From the IMG/VR virus record IMGVR_UViG_3300046782_000740, positions 1-62,775 of that record: a stretch of DNA of 62,775 nt. One strand, written 5' to 3'. This stretch comes from a virus (Duplodnaviria; Caudoviricetes). The translations under genes were made by a program, and so were the position numbers. Shown here piece by piece: positions 1-9,857 of this stretch (positions are counted from its first letter, which is position 1; each line of letters opens with the position of its first letter). The notes beneath the pieces were generated by a model. That model was not told the origin of the DNA, searched no databases, and saw nothing but the letters and a program-made list of their open reading frames with translations.

Positions 1-208
1 CCAGCCGCTGCCTCGGCAGCAGAGGCGATGGCGTCGTGCAGGACGCCAGCCTTCTCGGCAGGGATCGACGCCACGCGCTTAGCCATGTCCATCGTGGATG
101 CGGCGCTGGTTTTCGCCTGCGCCGCGTCGGCGGCAGCCTTGGCCGAGTCGCTCGCCCACCACGGCTGACGGGCGAAGAAGACGTCGTCGGGCATAGCCCT
201 GCCTGCCA
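1..208. repeat. Terminal direct repeat (copy 1); overlap indicating a circular or circularly permuted genome
   Basis: 1-208 matches 62568-62775 except A81 vs G62648, a synonymous GCT/GCC Ala codon on the minus strand. Confidence 0.97.
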
Positions 209-3200
209 GGATCTGCGCGTCGTGGGTCAGCAGCGGATGGTCGGCGTTGTACAGCACCCTATCGCCAGCAGCGATGATCTCTTCTGGCGTCATAGCCGGG
301 TTAGCGGTGGCGATGGCGTTGATGATCGTGCGCCTGAGTTGCTCGCCCGTCTGTGGCTCGTGCTTGTCGACGCCGTCCATCAGCCGTCGAGACTGCGCCT
401 CCAGATTGGCGTCGTTCAGGTCGATGGCCGCACTCTGCAGCAAGTCAATCTCTTCGTCGACGTGGTACGTGCGGTCCAGCGCCACGGCCACCGGGCTGTC
501 TGGCGACATCAGCCGCGTCTCTTCAGCAGCCAGATTGCGCGCCGCCTCGGCGTTGCCGCGTGGAGCCGCACGGGCTGCCTCAGCACTGCCCTCCTCGGCT
601 GCCTTGGCGGCTTCTGAGGTGCCGTAGCGTAGCTCGCCCGACTCGTCGGCAGCGAACTCCGCGACTGCCTTACCGGCACGTCCGAGCGCTTCGACAACAC
701 CGGGTTTGGTGGCGACGGTCGACGCCTCTTCGATGGCCTTCCTGCCTACCGCTGCCTCGCCGACACCGATGTACATCGTCGGGTCGGTGGCCATCGCCAG
801 CACTTGCTGCAGCGCCTGGCCCTCGACGGTGTCGCGGATCTCGGGCGCCTGAGCCTGCTTGACGGCCTCGACGCGCTGGTCGTTGAGGTACTGCAGCACC
901 TCGCCGCCCACCCCGAGCACGTCGCCTGGACTCTGGATGCCGGTGTCCGCGACGCGCGCGCTGACGCTTCCGGGGTCGGCGGGCTTGCTGGCGCTCGCCT
1001 TCAGCGCGTCGAGGTCGTAGCCCATCGAGCGCAGGTAGCTCACCGACGCCTCTGCCCCAGGCAGCATCTCAGGGATAGCAGTGGTTGGATCAATCGCTCG
1101 TTCGAGGTGCTGCGCCGTCTCGGCTGCCTGCTGAGCCTCGGGCGTTTTGGCGTAGTCTGAGAACGCCTGCCCGAGTTGTTGACCGGCCTGGAACGCACCC
1201 GTCCCCACCTGCACCGCTGCTCCAGCGGCGGTCGCAGGGAGATCGGTCAGCGCCTGGCCCGCGTCGTTGAGCGCACTCAGCGCCTCGGGGGCCTTCTCGG
1301 GAATCTGGCTGGCGAGGTCAGATACCCCCTGCGCCACGGCGGCGCCTGGCGTCGCGGTGTTCAGCGCCTGTGCCGTATCGCCGATGGTGCCTGCCGTATC
1401 CGCCACGGTCTGGGGTAGCTGTTGTGCGCCTTGCACAACGTCGCCCGCCTTGTCGGCGATGCCGCGCCCGAGCGAACCGAGCCCGCTGAACGCGCCGCCA
1501 AGGGTCTCACCGGCGCCTGAAGCCAGGTCGCTGCCGAGCGTACCGGCCTGCGCGCTGGCGTTGAACTTCGACGCCATGTCGCCAACTCCACCCGCGAGGG
1601 CCTCGGCGGGCTTGGCGAAGAGCGCGCTCGCGGCGGCGACGGGCACAGGTGGGGCAGCCGACTTGGTGGGATCGTCTGCCCCCAGCGCTGTTGAGGGCGG
1701 CGTGCTCGCGTCGAACGGCGTCTGCTGGAGCTTCTCGAAGTTGCCCGTCGACGGATTGAAGAACGTCTCTGCGGCGTCGTCCTGGCCCGCCCCCATGTGC
1801 TTGGCCACGGCCTCTTCGATCATGGTGCGCAGCGCCTGTTCGAGAGGTGAGCCGGAAGGCTTGTCCTGACCCGCGCCGATCTCGGGCTTCGCCATGCGAC
1901 GGAACACTGGCTTGAAGGTGCTGGGGTTGAGTTGGTCGTACTCGCCCACGGCACCGCCCGTGGCCTTGTCGTAGCGGGCCTCGTAGGTGCGCCCGTCGCC
2001 CAGATAGAACCCCACGTGCGGGTACGTCACCCCGCGCTGCTCGGGGTCGTTGTACCGATAGAAGATCAGGTCTCCCGCCTGCTCCTCACCCGAGTTCACG
2101 GGCGCCGTCTCGTCGAACATCCTGTCCGTAAACGGGCTCAGCTTGTAGCCCTGGCGCGCTGCCACCGACGACACGAACGAGGAGCAGTCGTACGCGGGGT
2201 GATCCCCCGGGTCTGACGACATGTCGTTCTCTCGACCAGCAGCCATCTTGTACGGCTTGCCCAGGTCGGGCTGTACCAGATCCGACAGGCTGGGGCTGGG
2301 AGCAGGCGTGGGCGCGCCGCCCAGGTGCTGCGTCAGGTCAGGGTCGGGGTTGATCTCGTCCTGGCCAGAGCCCATGCGGTCGTTGCCCCCACCGGGGGTC
2401 TCGCCCAGACCCATACCGGTGCTGGAGCCGAGCAGCACGCCGTTCTTCTCGTCGGTCGAGCCCATGTCCTCGGTGACCATCGCCCCCGAAGCCAGCATGC
2501 CCTGCAAGATCTGATGCCCAGCGTGCGCGATGATGTGCCACTCGACCATCGAGTCGCCGGTCTGGCCCTGCGGTTTGGAGGGGCTGTTGGTGTTGGCGTA
2601 GCTGGCCAGGCTCGTATCGACCCCAGGCACACGCCTGAACTGTGCGCCCTTCCACAGTGGGGTAATGTCGACGCCGCCGTTGGGGTTGATCGAGGAGTCG
2701 TGCAGCATCATCCCGTTGCCCGCGTAGATGCCGACGTGCTGCTCGTGCGGGTCGCCCTGGTTCATGTTGTACATGACGAGGTCGCCCGGCGAAGCTTCAT
2801 CCGACGAGATAGATTGCGTGGCGTCCCAGATCGAGCCTGTGTAGGCAGGCAGCTTGACGCCCGTGGCTTGCTGGTAGGCCCAGGCAACGAACCCGGAGCA
2901 GTCCGAGCCCGAGAAATTGGGGTCGAAATTGCTTCTTCCGCCCGAGCCGCCCCAGACGTATTTACTGCCGATGGCCGTCGAGCCCACGTCGATCACCGAC
3001 GGCACGCCCGTGCGTCCCGACTCGGTCGGGTTGAAGCGCGTCGTGCCCTGTGCGGCGCTGCCCGTGCCGTCGATCCCGTCGCCGATGCTGATGATCTTGT
3101 CGGCCCACTTCGGATCGGTTGCATAGCCGGCGTCAGCGACCATGCGGACGAAGCCGCGCCAGTCGTTGGGCTGCTTCTGCAGGTAATCCAGCGCGGGCTG

Positions 3201-4007
3201 GTAGCGCGGGTTGGTCTTCAGGAAGGTGACAAAGTCGTTCGCCGATTCCCCGTAGCCGCCGTACGCCCTGAAGGTGTCGTTGATGTTGACCTTCTGGCCG
3301 TTGATGACCTCCCACGTGCCGACCTGGCCCGTGTTGGCGCCCGTGTTGGGGTTGGATCCCTTGATGCCGAAGTAGTTGTTGCCCGCCTGAGCGGTGCCCC
3401 AACCCGTCTCGTTACCGGGGATAGCGAGCAGCACCTGATACGGAATACCGGTCTGCTGCGAGATGCTCAGTGCCGTTGGAGCGTTCTGCTCGACAAACGA
3501 CACCATGCTCGACGAAGGCGCCGAGCGGGCTGCAGACGAGGGCCCTTGAGGAGGAGGCGCTTTCGCACCAGTTGCTACCCTCGCCTGCGTGCTCGAACGA
3601 TCTGGCGCTGGTGCGGTAGGGAGCACACCCCCACCGGTAGCGGCCTGATCAGTAGAAGGAGCCTCGATGGACGTCTTCGGCTCTTCTGGAACTGTAGCAG
3701 CAGCAGGGGGCTCCGTCAAGTTTTCGGTTGGTGCACTAGCCTGCGTGCTGCTGAGGTTCAAGTCAAGCGGTACAGCCGGGGCCGTGAGTGTAGGCACAGT
3801 TGGGGTGTGCTGGATTGGCTCGTAATTCCCCGTGCTGGGGTTGAGGAACATGTCGCCGTCGTCCGCACCTGCCCCCACCTCGGGGGGCACGGCCCAGGCT
3901 TTGACCAGATGCACCTTGCCGTCGGGCTTGGGCGCCCAGCCAGCCCGGGTACGTAGCGACGATCCCCGCTCTACAGGGTCAGACGCGAGCCAGTTCGGTA
4001 CGGGCAC
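1..4007 (-). CDS. N-terminal part of a giant (~2651 aa) virion/ejection protein with a GH73 glucosaminidase and two NlpC/P60 domains; continues across the junction into 62775..58619
   Basis: Absent from the ORF track because it runs off the edge. By hand, GTG at 4007 reads open for 1271 codons to MPDDVFF at 194. GH73 motifs: NETGWG...NNYFGIKG...FRAY...GYATDPKWADKI. NlpC/P60 motifs: YVWGG...DCSGFV...GDLV...HVGIY and PY...YDCSSFV...GDLIF...HVGFY. Confidence 0.9.
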   Translation of the reverse strand, partial: MPVPNWLASDPVERGSSLRTRAGWAPKPDGKVHLVKAWAVPPEVGAGADDGDMFLNPSTGNYEPIQHTPTVPTLTAPAVPLDLNLSSTQASAPTENLTEPPAAATVPEEPKTSIEAPSTDQAATGGGVLPTAPAPDRSSTQARVATGAKAPPPQGPSSAARSAPSSSMVSFVEQNAPTALSISQQTGIPYQVLLAIPGNETGWGTAQAGNNYFGIKGSNPNTGANTGQVGTWEVINGQKVNINDTFRAYGGYGESANDFVTFLKTNPRYQPALDYLQKQPNDWRGFVRMVADAGYATDPKWADKIISIGDGIDGTGSAAQGTTRFNPTESGRTGVPSVIDVGSTAIGSKYVWGGSGGRSNFDPNFSGSDCSGFVAWAYQQATGVKLPAYTGSIWDATQSISSDEASPGDLVMYNMNQGDPHEQHVGIYAGNGMMLHDSSINPNGGVDITPLWKGAQFRRVPGVDTSLASYANTNSPSKPQGQTGDSMVEWHIIAHAGHQILQGMLASGAMVTEDMGSTDEKNGVLLGSSTGMGLGETPGGGNDRMGSGQDEINPDPDLTQHLGGAPTPAPSPSLSDLVQPDLGKPYKMAAGRENDMSSDPGDHPAYDCSSFVSSVAARQGYKLSPFTDRMFDETAPVNSGEEQAGDLIFYRYNDPEQRGVTYPHVGFYLGDGRTYEARYDKATGGAVGEYDQLNPSTFKPVFRRMAKPEIGAGQDKPSGSPLEQALRTMIEEAVAKHMGAGQDDAAETFFNPSTGNFEKLQQTPFDASTPPSTALGADDPTKSAAPPVPVAAASALFAKPAEALAGGVGDMASKFNASAQAGTLGSDLASGAGETLGGAFSGLGSLGRGIADKAGDVVQGAQQLPQTVADTAGTIGDTAQALNTATPGAAVAQGVSDLASQIPEKAPEALSALNDAGQALTDLPATAAGAAVQVGTGAFQAGQQLGQAFSDYAKTPEAQQAAETAQHLERAIDPTTAIPEMLPGAEASVSYLRSMGYDLDALKASASKPADPGSVSARVADTGIQSPGDVLGVGGEVLQYLNDQRVEAVKQAQAPEIRDTVEGQALQQVLAMATDPTMYIGVGEAAVGRKAIEEASTVATKPGVVEALGRAGKAVAEFAADESGELRYGTSEAAKAAEEGSAEAARAAPRGNAEAARNLAAEETRLMSPDSPVAVALDRTYHVDEEIDLLQSAAIDLNDANLEAQSRRLMDGVDKHEPQTGEQLRRTIINAIATANPAMTPEEIIAAGDRVLYNADHPLLTHDAQILAGRAMPDDVFFARQPWWASDSAKAAADAAQAKTSAASTMDMAKRVASIPAEKAGVLHDAIASAAEAAA

Positions 4008-7000
4008 TCAGCCAGCAATCCCCGATGTGCCTTGAGAATACTGCTGTTTGACCTGGGGCGCCTGGGCCTGCGACCACTGACGGTTCTGCTGATCCCAGAA
4101 GTTCTGCGGCGTCTGGCCGAAGATGTCAGCGGTCATCTCCGCGCCCGCACGACCGACTGCTCCACCGGCTGCCGACTGCATGCGCGTGACGTTGGGGTCT
4201 AGCCCCTGCTGCAGGAAGTTGCCTGCCAGGTCGTTCGACTGCTGCGCCCACACGCCAGGCCCGAGCGCTTCCTGATCGGTACGGTAGGCAGCCTTCTGGA
4301 ACGGATCCCAACTCTGCCACTGCTGCGCCGTGATCGGCTGGCCTGTGCCGCCCGCTGGCGTGGTCGAGCCCTGCTGTGGAAGCTGCCCACCAGGCTGCGC
4401 AGCACCGGTGCTGCCCGCAGCGACGCTGCCCTGCGCGCCTCCACCAGGGTTGTAGCCAGCCGAGCCGAAGCCTGTGTAGTTGGGCGTGTTCTCGACGCCG
4501 TACTTGGTCGGGTCGTACGGCTGCAGGATCGAGTTGATCAGGTTCGACAGGTTCTGACCGCCGACGGCCTGACCCTGATAGCCGGGACCAGGGGTCATGC
4601 CCTGCAGCTTCTGCAGCCACGGGTTCTGCAGCGCGCTGCCCAGGATGTCCATCTTGTTCTTCTGCGTGGTCTGCCAGTCGGTGAACGCCTGCGAGCCCTC
4701 CTGCAGGTAGACCTTGTTGCCCTCGGACATCTCGGTCATCTTGATCTGGGTCGCGTCGCGCATCTGCTCGATGTCTTTGGTGGACTGGATCTGCTCGCGC
4801 TGAATCTTCTCGGACTCCTGATTGTGGCGCTCGTTCTCGGCGTTGATCTCCTGCTGGCGCTTGTCCTGATCCTGATGGATAGCCCAGTCCTGATCAATCT
4901 TCTTGAGCGTCTCGTTGTGCCGGTTGTCCTCGTTGGTCTTGTTCTGTTCTTCGATGGCCTTGTCGTTGCGGATCTTCTCGTCGATCTGCCTGTTCAGGGC
5001 GTCGATCTGGGCCTGCTGGCTGGGGGTCATGGCGACCGCACCAGCACCGGCGCCCATACCCCACTCGCCGCCCGCACCCATATCCGAGGCGTCTCGGGAG
5101 ATGGCCCTGTCGTCCCAGAGGTTCTGGTTGCCCGTGCCCATCTGCTGCTGATCTGTCGGCTGCTGCTGTTGCTGTGGCTGCTGACCCAGCGGCTGTTGCT
5201 GCGGCGGCGGCTGTTGACCTACCGGTTGCTGCTGCTGCCGCTTCACCGACTGCACGCTTGCGGTGATCGGCGACTGCTGGTTGCCGTTGCCCCAGAAGCT
5301 CTGCTTGTCCTTCTGCTCGTACAGATCCCAGCGCGAGTCAGCGTTGTCCTGCCCGCCGCCCATCGGGGGCTGCTGGGGAGGTGGTGCGCCAGGCTGCGGG
5401 GGCATCGGCGGGGAGCCGCCAGACGGAGAACTGGATCCGCCGGGCGGGCCCATCATCTGAGTCCCTGGCACAGGTGGGAGCGAGGCCATGGACCCAAGCG
5501 CGCCCGTCGGGTCGACAGGCTGACCTTGCGGGTCGCGCACCGCCCAGTGTAAGTGAGAGCCGGTGGTGTTGCCCGTCGAACCGACCTGGGTCGCCAGGTT
5601 CTGACCTTTGGCTACCTGCGCGCCGCGATACAACTCGGTGCTCTTGAGGTGCCCCAGCTTGTGCAGCGTGCCGTCGTTGCCGCGAATCATGACCACGAGG
5701 CCGAGCCCCTCTGGGTCGTCCTCGATGCTCTCGACCATGCCGTCGACGGGGGCGATGGTGTCGGTGCCCTCGGGCGCCTGCAGATCGACCCCACTGTGCA
5801 CGGGCTCGCCCTGGTTCATCTCCTGGCCGAAGCGATGCCCGATGCCCGCCACGTCCCCTGGCGGTACCGGTGGCGTCCAGCCAGGGGAGCCAGGGCCAGG
5901 TGTACCTCCTGGCCCTGGCATGGCACCAGCGTTCGGCGGAGAGCCAGGCGCAGGAGCCCCTGGAGAGGGTACCCCACCCGCCGTGGGTGGAGGGGCCCCA
6001 CCAGCGGGCGGAGCCCCGCCCATCTGACCGCGCAGCATTTCGATGTCAGGCGGGACGCCTGGCGGCAAGCCGCCTGGCGCACCGCCCCCAGCAGCAGGCG
6101 GCGGGGGGGAATCCGCGCCTGCACCAAAGAAGCTCAGGCCAGGCATCCCAGGCAGCTTGGGTTGAGGCACGGGCGGCGCGTGCCCCCCGCCCTGCGGCAG
6201 CGGCGTCACGGGCGGCGCGTGGCCCTGGCCCTGGCCCAGGCTCTGCTGCTTCTTCTGGAACTCGTCCCACCAACTGGGGTTTCCCGTAGGTGGCGTGACC
6301 TCGGGCGTGTGCCCGAGCGGCGGACCCTGCTCCACAGGGGTTGAGTTATTGCGCTCAGGTTCCCTGTGGACATCATCCGGCTCCGCGCGGATCCACTCTC
6401 TGGGATCCGTCGGCGGCAAGTCCCACGGGAGTTGCGGGTACTTCTGCGATTCTCCCTTGGGCGGATCAAAGGGAGTCTCAGGCTCGGTCCCGCCGTACCC
6501 CTGAGTGACGTCTCGCCAGTCACCTATATCCGGCTTCTGCGTAAAGGGGTCTGGCGGGAGCGGGGCTTCAGGCGGCGGCTTCTCCTGCTCACTCCACGCC
6601 GCTTCGTCCTCTGCACGGCTTGCCTCTTCGTCCTCATCCGCACCAGACGTGGGATTCCACGCCTCGCCTCGCATCGGCTCGTCTTTCGGCTGGTCGTGCT
6701 GGTCCTGCTGGTGCGGGTTTTCGAGCCCGCGCATCGCCTCGTCGTAGCGTCGCTGGACCTCGTCCTTGTGGGCCTGCTCGTCGCCAGGCTGCGCTGGGGG
6801 CTCGCTGCTGCCCCACGACTTCGGGTCGAGCGGATGGAAGTCGATACCGGCGCCCATCTTCGGGGTCCAGCCCTCGTGGCCCGCGCCGATGTCGATGGCC
6901 GTGCCGAGCCCGAGCGGGTCGCCGAGCTTCTCGAAGTCGGAGCCGAGCATGTTGGGCGAGTTGCTCTGCTCGGCGTCGGGCTGCTGCGAGGGCTGCAGAT

Positions 7001-9347
7001 CGACGCGCTTCTTGGACTTGGGATCCCAGATGCCGAAGCTCTCGGAGTTGCCGGAGTCAGCACCGGCACCCTCGTCGATCTGGGCCTGATTCTCGATGTC
7101 GAGCGGGTTGTCCTCGTTGAGCCCCAGCACGTTCCTGGCCTTGGCGGCAGCGGCAATCTGCTCGGGAGTGGCGACCGTGCCCAGCCGACGCGGGTCGTTG
7201 ATGTCGACGGTGCCCGTCAGCCCTGCCTGCGTTGCCTGTTCGTTACCCGCTGGGGTGCGGCCCTGCTCCTGATCGGCGCGCTGCCAGTCGGAAGCGCCAG
7301 GCGTCCAACCTGTCTTGTTCTCTTCAGCCGGCTTAGCTGTCTCAGTTGGGGCAGCCGCCGCCGTCGTCGCCGTCGGTGCGGGGGTGGGTGCCCCCGTCGC
7401 TGCTGCGGATGGAGCAGGGGTGCTGGCAGCAGGGGTGGACTTGTCGGTACCGCCCGAGCGTATCTCCTTGATCTGGTCCATCAGATCGTTGTAGACAGCC
7501 ATGCCGCGCTCGTCGGTGCCCGTGTCGTAGTGCTTGACGCCGCGCGATCCGCCGTAGTCGATATCCGTCTGCATACCCGGCGGCATGTAGATGTCCGTCG
7601 AGGTCATGATCGGCTTCGGGTTGGCGATGTCGTAGGCCGTCTTCTCGATCCGCGAGATGGCCTCGGCGCGCGTGACCTTGCCGGTCTTGATATCCTCTTC
7701 GAGCTTCTGCCTGTCGAGCGGCGCCTTCAGCAGATCGTCCCTGGCCTTGGCCGCGTCGGCCTGCAGCTTCTCCAGCGTGGCCTGTTGGGTCGGCAGGTAG
7801 AACTGGCTTTCGTCGATGGTCTGCAGCGTCTTCTTCGGGTCGCGCGGGTCGTACTGCACGGTCTTGCCGTTGATCGTGTCGACCTTCATGTCGTGCGGCG
7901 GCTCGTACGCCACGCTGGGAGATTCGCCAGGAGCGGTCGGCAGCTTGACCACGGCGTTGCCGACGACCTTGTAGCCGTTCTCGACGTCTGCCGGACCCAG
8001 CGGAGAGGTATCGCCAGTGTTCTTGTTGATCAGCCACATCTGACCGCTGGCGTCTTTCTGGGTGTCGTAGATGCTGGCCGTGGATAGCGAGGTCGCCGAC
8101 TTCAGGTTCTGAATGTCGACCTTGCCCTGCTGCAGCGAGTTGGCCTGTTGCTTGGCAGCGGCCTGCGCCGTGGCGGTCGCCTCGGGATCTGGATCCCACT
8201 TTGTACCGTCGGCGCTGAGCTTGAAGACCTGTGTATACGTGGTGCCCGGGAAGATGGTCTTGACGTTGCCCGCCTGACCAGGCGTGACGGTCTTGGGGGT
8301 CGCGGGCTTCTGGCTGACGCCCAGGTCGAACTTGTTGTTGGGATCCTTCTTGTCGACGAGGAAGCGGTGCATCAACCCGTCGTCGCCCCGAAGCTCGGTG
8401 GGGAAGTGCGTATCGGGCCCGACCCCCGCGCCCGTCATCTGCTTGCGTACATCAGGCGGGTACGGCACGAAGTCGGTCGTACCTTTGATTGGGTCAGGAT
8501 TACCAGGCAGGAAGTAACCCATCGGCACGGGTGGTTTGGACTTGTCGTTCGGATCGTCGGGAACTTGCCAGGCAGACTGGTACCTGCCGTCGGCGCCCTT
8601 CCTGAACTCGACGTGATAGCCGGGCAACGCGGCGATGCCGTTGGCTGCAGCAATGTCAGATTCACCCGGCTCTGGGAAATACTTCGAGGGGGCAGCGGGC
8701 GCTCCAGCCGTAGCCGCAGCAGGAGGCGCTGGCATCTGCGTGGCGGGCTGCTGTTGCACGGGTTGGGTACCGTTCGACTGATCTGGCACCTCGTCGGTGG
8801 TGCCCGAGAAGTCAGGGCGCCTGAGCGGATCTGGTGCTTCCTGGCCAGCGCCGAAGTCCGCGCCGTTGCCGACCATCGAGCCGCGCTGCGAGAAGTCGCG
8901 CGTCTCGGGACCGGTGGCCTGCAACTGCGGGCCTGGGCCCGTGCCGTACGGGTGTGCCGAGATGGGCGGCTGGCCTGGCGAGAACGAGTTGTCGCGTGCG
9001 GACTGCGCTGGCGCGTAGCGTCCATTGCCGGTGGTGCCTGGCGGTGAGCCGGGCGAGGCAATGCCTGGGCCCATCGTCATACCCCAGTCGACGCCTGCCC
9101 CCATACCCATGCCCGCGTCGTGCGGCATCAGGCTGTAGTTCAGCTTGTCGGAGGGCGCCAACACGCCAGGGCCGTGCACCTCGTTGGTGTCGGGCGTGTA
9201 GTTGATCAGGTGCGCAGGCGCCTGGGTTCCCGGAGGGGATGCCAGCACATGTGGCTGGGGGTGTGTGAGGCCGTCCATGCCGTGCTCGGCCTGCAGCCGC
9301 TCGGCGGGTTTGTGGGACGACAGCGACGGTGGTTGCCAGAACGCCAT
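4008..9347 (-). CDS. Giant (1779 aa) low-complexity virion/ejection protein with an M23 peptidase domain
   Basis: HSGVDLQAPEGT...APVDGMV...LGHL...VGSTGNTTGSHLHW contains the M23 HxxxD and HxH motifs. Pro/Gln/Gly-rich linkers and a coiled coil. Lies downstream of the portal. Confidence 0.85.
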   Translation of the reverse strand: MAFWQPPSLSSHKPAERLQAEHGMDGLTHPQPHVLASPPGTQAPAHLINYTPDTNEVHGPGVLAPSDKLNYSLMPHDAGMGMGAGVDWGMTMGPGIASPGSPPGTTGNGRYAPAQSARDNSFSPGQPPISAHPYGTGPGPQLQATGPETRDFSQRGSMVGNGADFGAGQEAPDPLRRPDFSGTTDEVPDQSNGTQPVQQQPATQMPAPPAAATAGAPAAPSKYFPEPGESDIAAANGIAALPGYHVEFRKGADGRYQSAWQVPDDPNDKSKPPVPMGYFLPGNPDPIKGTTDFVPYPPDVRKQMTGAGVGPDTHFPTELRGDDGLMHRFLVDKKDPNNKFDLGVSQKPATPKTVTPGQAGNVKTIFPGTTYTQVFKLSADGTKWDPDPEATATAQAAAKQQANSLQQGKVDIQNLKSATSLSTASIYDTQKDASGQMWLINKNTGDTSPLGPADVENGYKVVGNAVVKLPTAPGESPSVAYEPPHDMKVDTINGKTVQYDPRDPKKTLQTIDESQFYLPTQQATLEKLQADAAKARDDLLKAPLDRQKLEEDIKTGKVTRAEAISRIEKTAYDIANPKPIMTSTDIYMPPGMQTDIDYGGSRGVKHYDTGTDERGMAVYNDLMDQIKEIRSGGTDKSTPAASTPAPSAAATGAPTPAPTATTAAAAPTETAKPAEENKTGWTPGASDWQRADQEQGRTPAGNEQATQAGLTGTVDINDPRRLGTVATPEQIAAAAKARNVLGLNEDNPLDIENQAQIDEGAGADSGNSESFGIWDPKSKKRVDLQPSQQPDAEQSNSPNMLGSDFEKLGDPLGLGTAIDIGAGHEGWTPKMGAGIDFHPLDPKSWGSSEPPAQPGDEQAHKDEVQRRYDEAMRGLENPHQQDQHDQPKDEPMRGEAWNPTSGADEDEEASRAEDEAAWSEQEKPPPEAPLPPDPFTQKPDIGDWRDVTQGYGGTEPETPFDPPKGESQKYPQLPWDLPPTDPREWIRAEPDDVHREPERNNSTPVEQGPPLGHTPEVTPPTGNPSWWDEFQKKQQSLGQGQGHAPPVTPLPQGGGHAPPVPQPKLPGMPGLSFFGAGADSPPPPAAGGGAPGGLPPGVPPDIEMLRGQMGGAPPAGGAPPPTAGGVPSPGAPAPGSPPNAGAMPGPGGTPGPGSPGWTPPVPPGDVAGIGHRFGQEMNQGEPVHSGVDLQAPEGTDTIAPVDGMVESIEDDPEGLGLVVMIRGNDGTLHKLGHLKSTELYRGAQVAKGQNLATQVGSTGNTTGSHLHWAVRDPQGQPVDPTGALGSMASLPPVPGTQMMGPPGGSSSPSGGSPPMPPQPGAPPPQQPPMGGGQDNADSRWDLYEQKDKQSFWGNGNQQSPITASVQSVKRQQQQPVGQQPPPQQQPLGQQPQQQQQPTDQQQMGTGNQNLWDDRAISRDASDMGAGGEWGMGAGAGAVAMTPSQQAQIDALNRQIDEKIRNDKAIEEQNKTNEDNRHNETLKKIDQDWAIHQDQDKRQQEINAENERHNQESEKIQREQIQSTKDIEQMRDATQIKMTEMSEGNKVYLQEGSQAFTDWQTTQKNKMDILGSALQNPWLQKLQGMTPGPGYQGQAVGGQNLSNLINSILQPYDPTKYGVENTPNYTGFGSAGYNPGGGAQGSVAAGSTGAAQPGGQLPQQGSTTPAGGTGQPITAQQWQSWDPFQKAAYRTDQEALGPGVWAQQSNDLAGNFLQQGLDPNVTRMQSAAGGAVGRAGAEMTADIFGQTPQNFWDQQNRQWSQAQAPQVKQQYSQGTSGIAG

Positions 9348-9637
9348 CAGTCCTGCTCCATCCGCTTGTGCATGCGCTTGATGGGCCTACCCGTGCGTCC
9401 GTCGATCAATTCAACCACGCCTAAACCTTCGGCGCCGACGCCGTCGATGCGTTCGATGAACGGCTCAGGGGCCTGTCCAGGCCCCACGAGCCGCTCATCC
9501 ATGAACGCCCGCGTCCCGGGTTGAGGCTGCTGGAGTAGCCCGTGGCCTGGGGGTGCGGGGTGTAGCTCCGCTTCGGGGGTAGCGGAGTAGACGTCGTGCA
9601 GCTTGCGCATCGCGGCGCGGAAGTCACTGTTTGGCAT
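9347..9637 (-). CDS. Hypothetical protein (96 aa, MPNSDFRAAM...)
   Basis: Tightly packed in the late operon; ATG chosen inside the track ORF 9347..9706. Confidence 0.6.
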   Translation of the reverse strand: MPNSDFRAAMRKLHDVYSATPEAELHPAPPGHGLLQQPQPGTRAFMDERLVGPGQAPEPFIERIDGVGAEGLGVVELIDGRTGRPIKRMHKRMEQD

Positions 9638-9857
9638 GGTGCGCCTCCAGATACGCGCGCACCACGTCGGCGGCGTGCTCGTCCAGCGGCCTCTCGCCAG
9701 CGACAACCTGGGACAGGTAGTGGCCCTGACGCTCGTTAGTCTTCTTCGGGCTGATCCACTTCCGCCCCAACGGCGGCTGGTCCCGGTCGTCGTGGGCCAC
9801 GATCTCCAGACCCCTCGGCACCTCGGTCATGAGTTTGCGGAGATTGGCTCCGGGCAT
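9624..9857 (-). CDS. Hypothetical protein (77 aa)
   Basis: AGGAG RBS before the ATG; fills the gap between neighbours; overlaps the upstream gene. Confidence 0.6.
   Translation of the reverse strand: MPGANLRKLMTEVPRGLEIVAHDDRDQPPLGRKWISPKKTNERQGHYLSQVVAGERPLDEHAADVVRAYLEAHHAKQ

Noticed and set aside
1-208. 208-bp repeat as a biological terminal repeat
   Set aside because: It lies in the middle of an essential gene, so it is more likely assembly overlap. The single mismatch is synonymous.
3543-3553. Extra CCTTGAGGAGG copy
   Set aside because: Antisense within coding sequence (PPPQG) with no plausible downstream gene.
2325-3956. 543-aa plus-strand ORF and similar long antisense ORFs (6366-8087, 53294-54679, 60275-61579)
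   Set aside because: Shadow frames of GC-rich minus-strand genes that carry recognisable domains.
4008-4010. Genome-wide stop-codon reassignment
   Set aside because: Core genes are intact under the standard code, all three stop codons terminate genes, and I found no suppressor tRNA.
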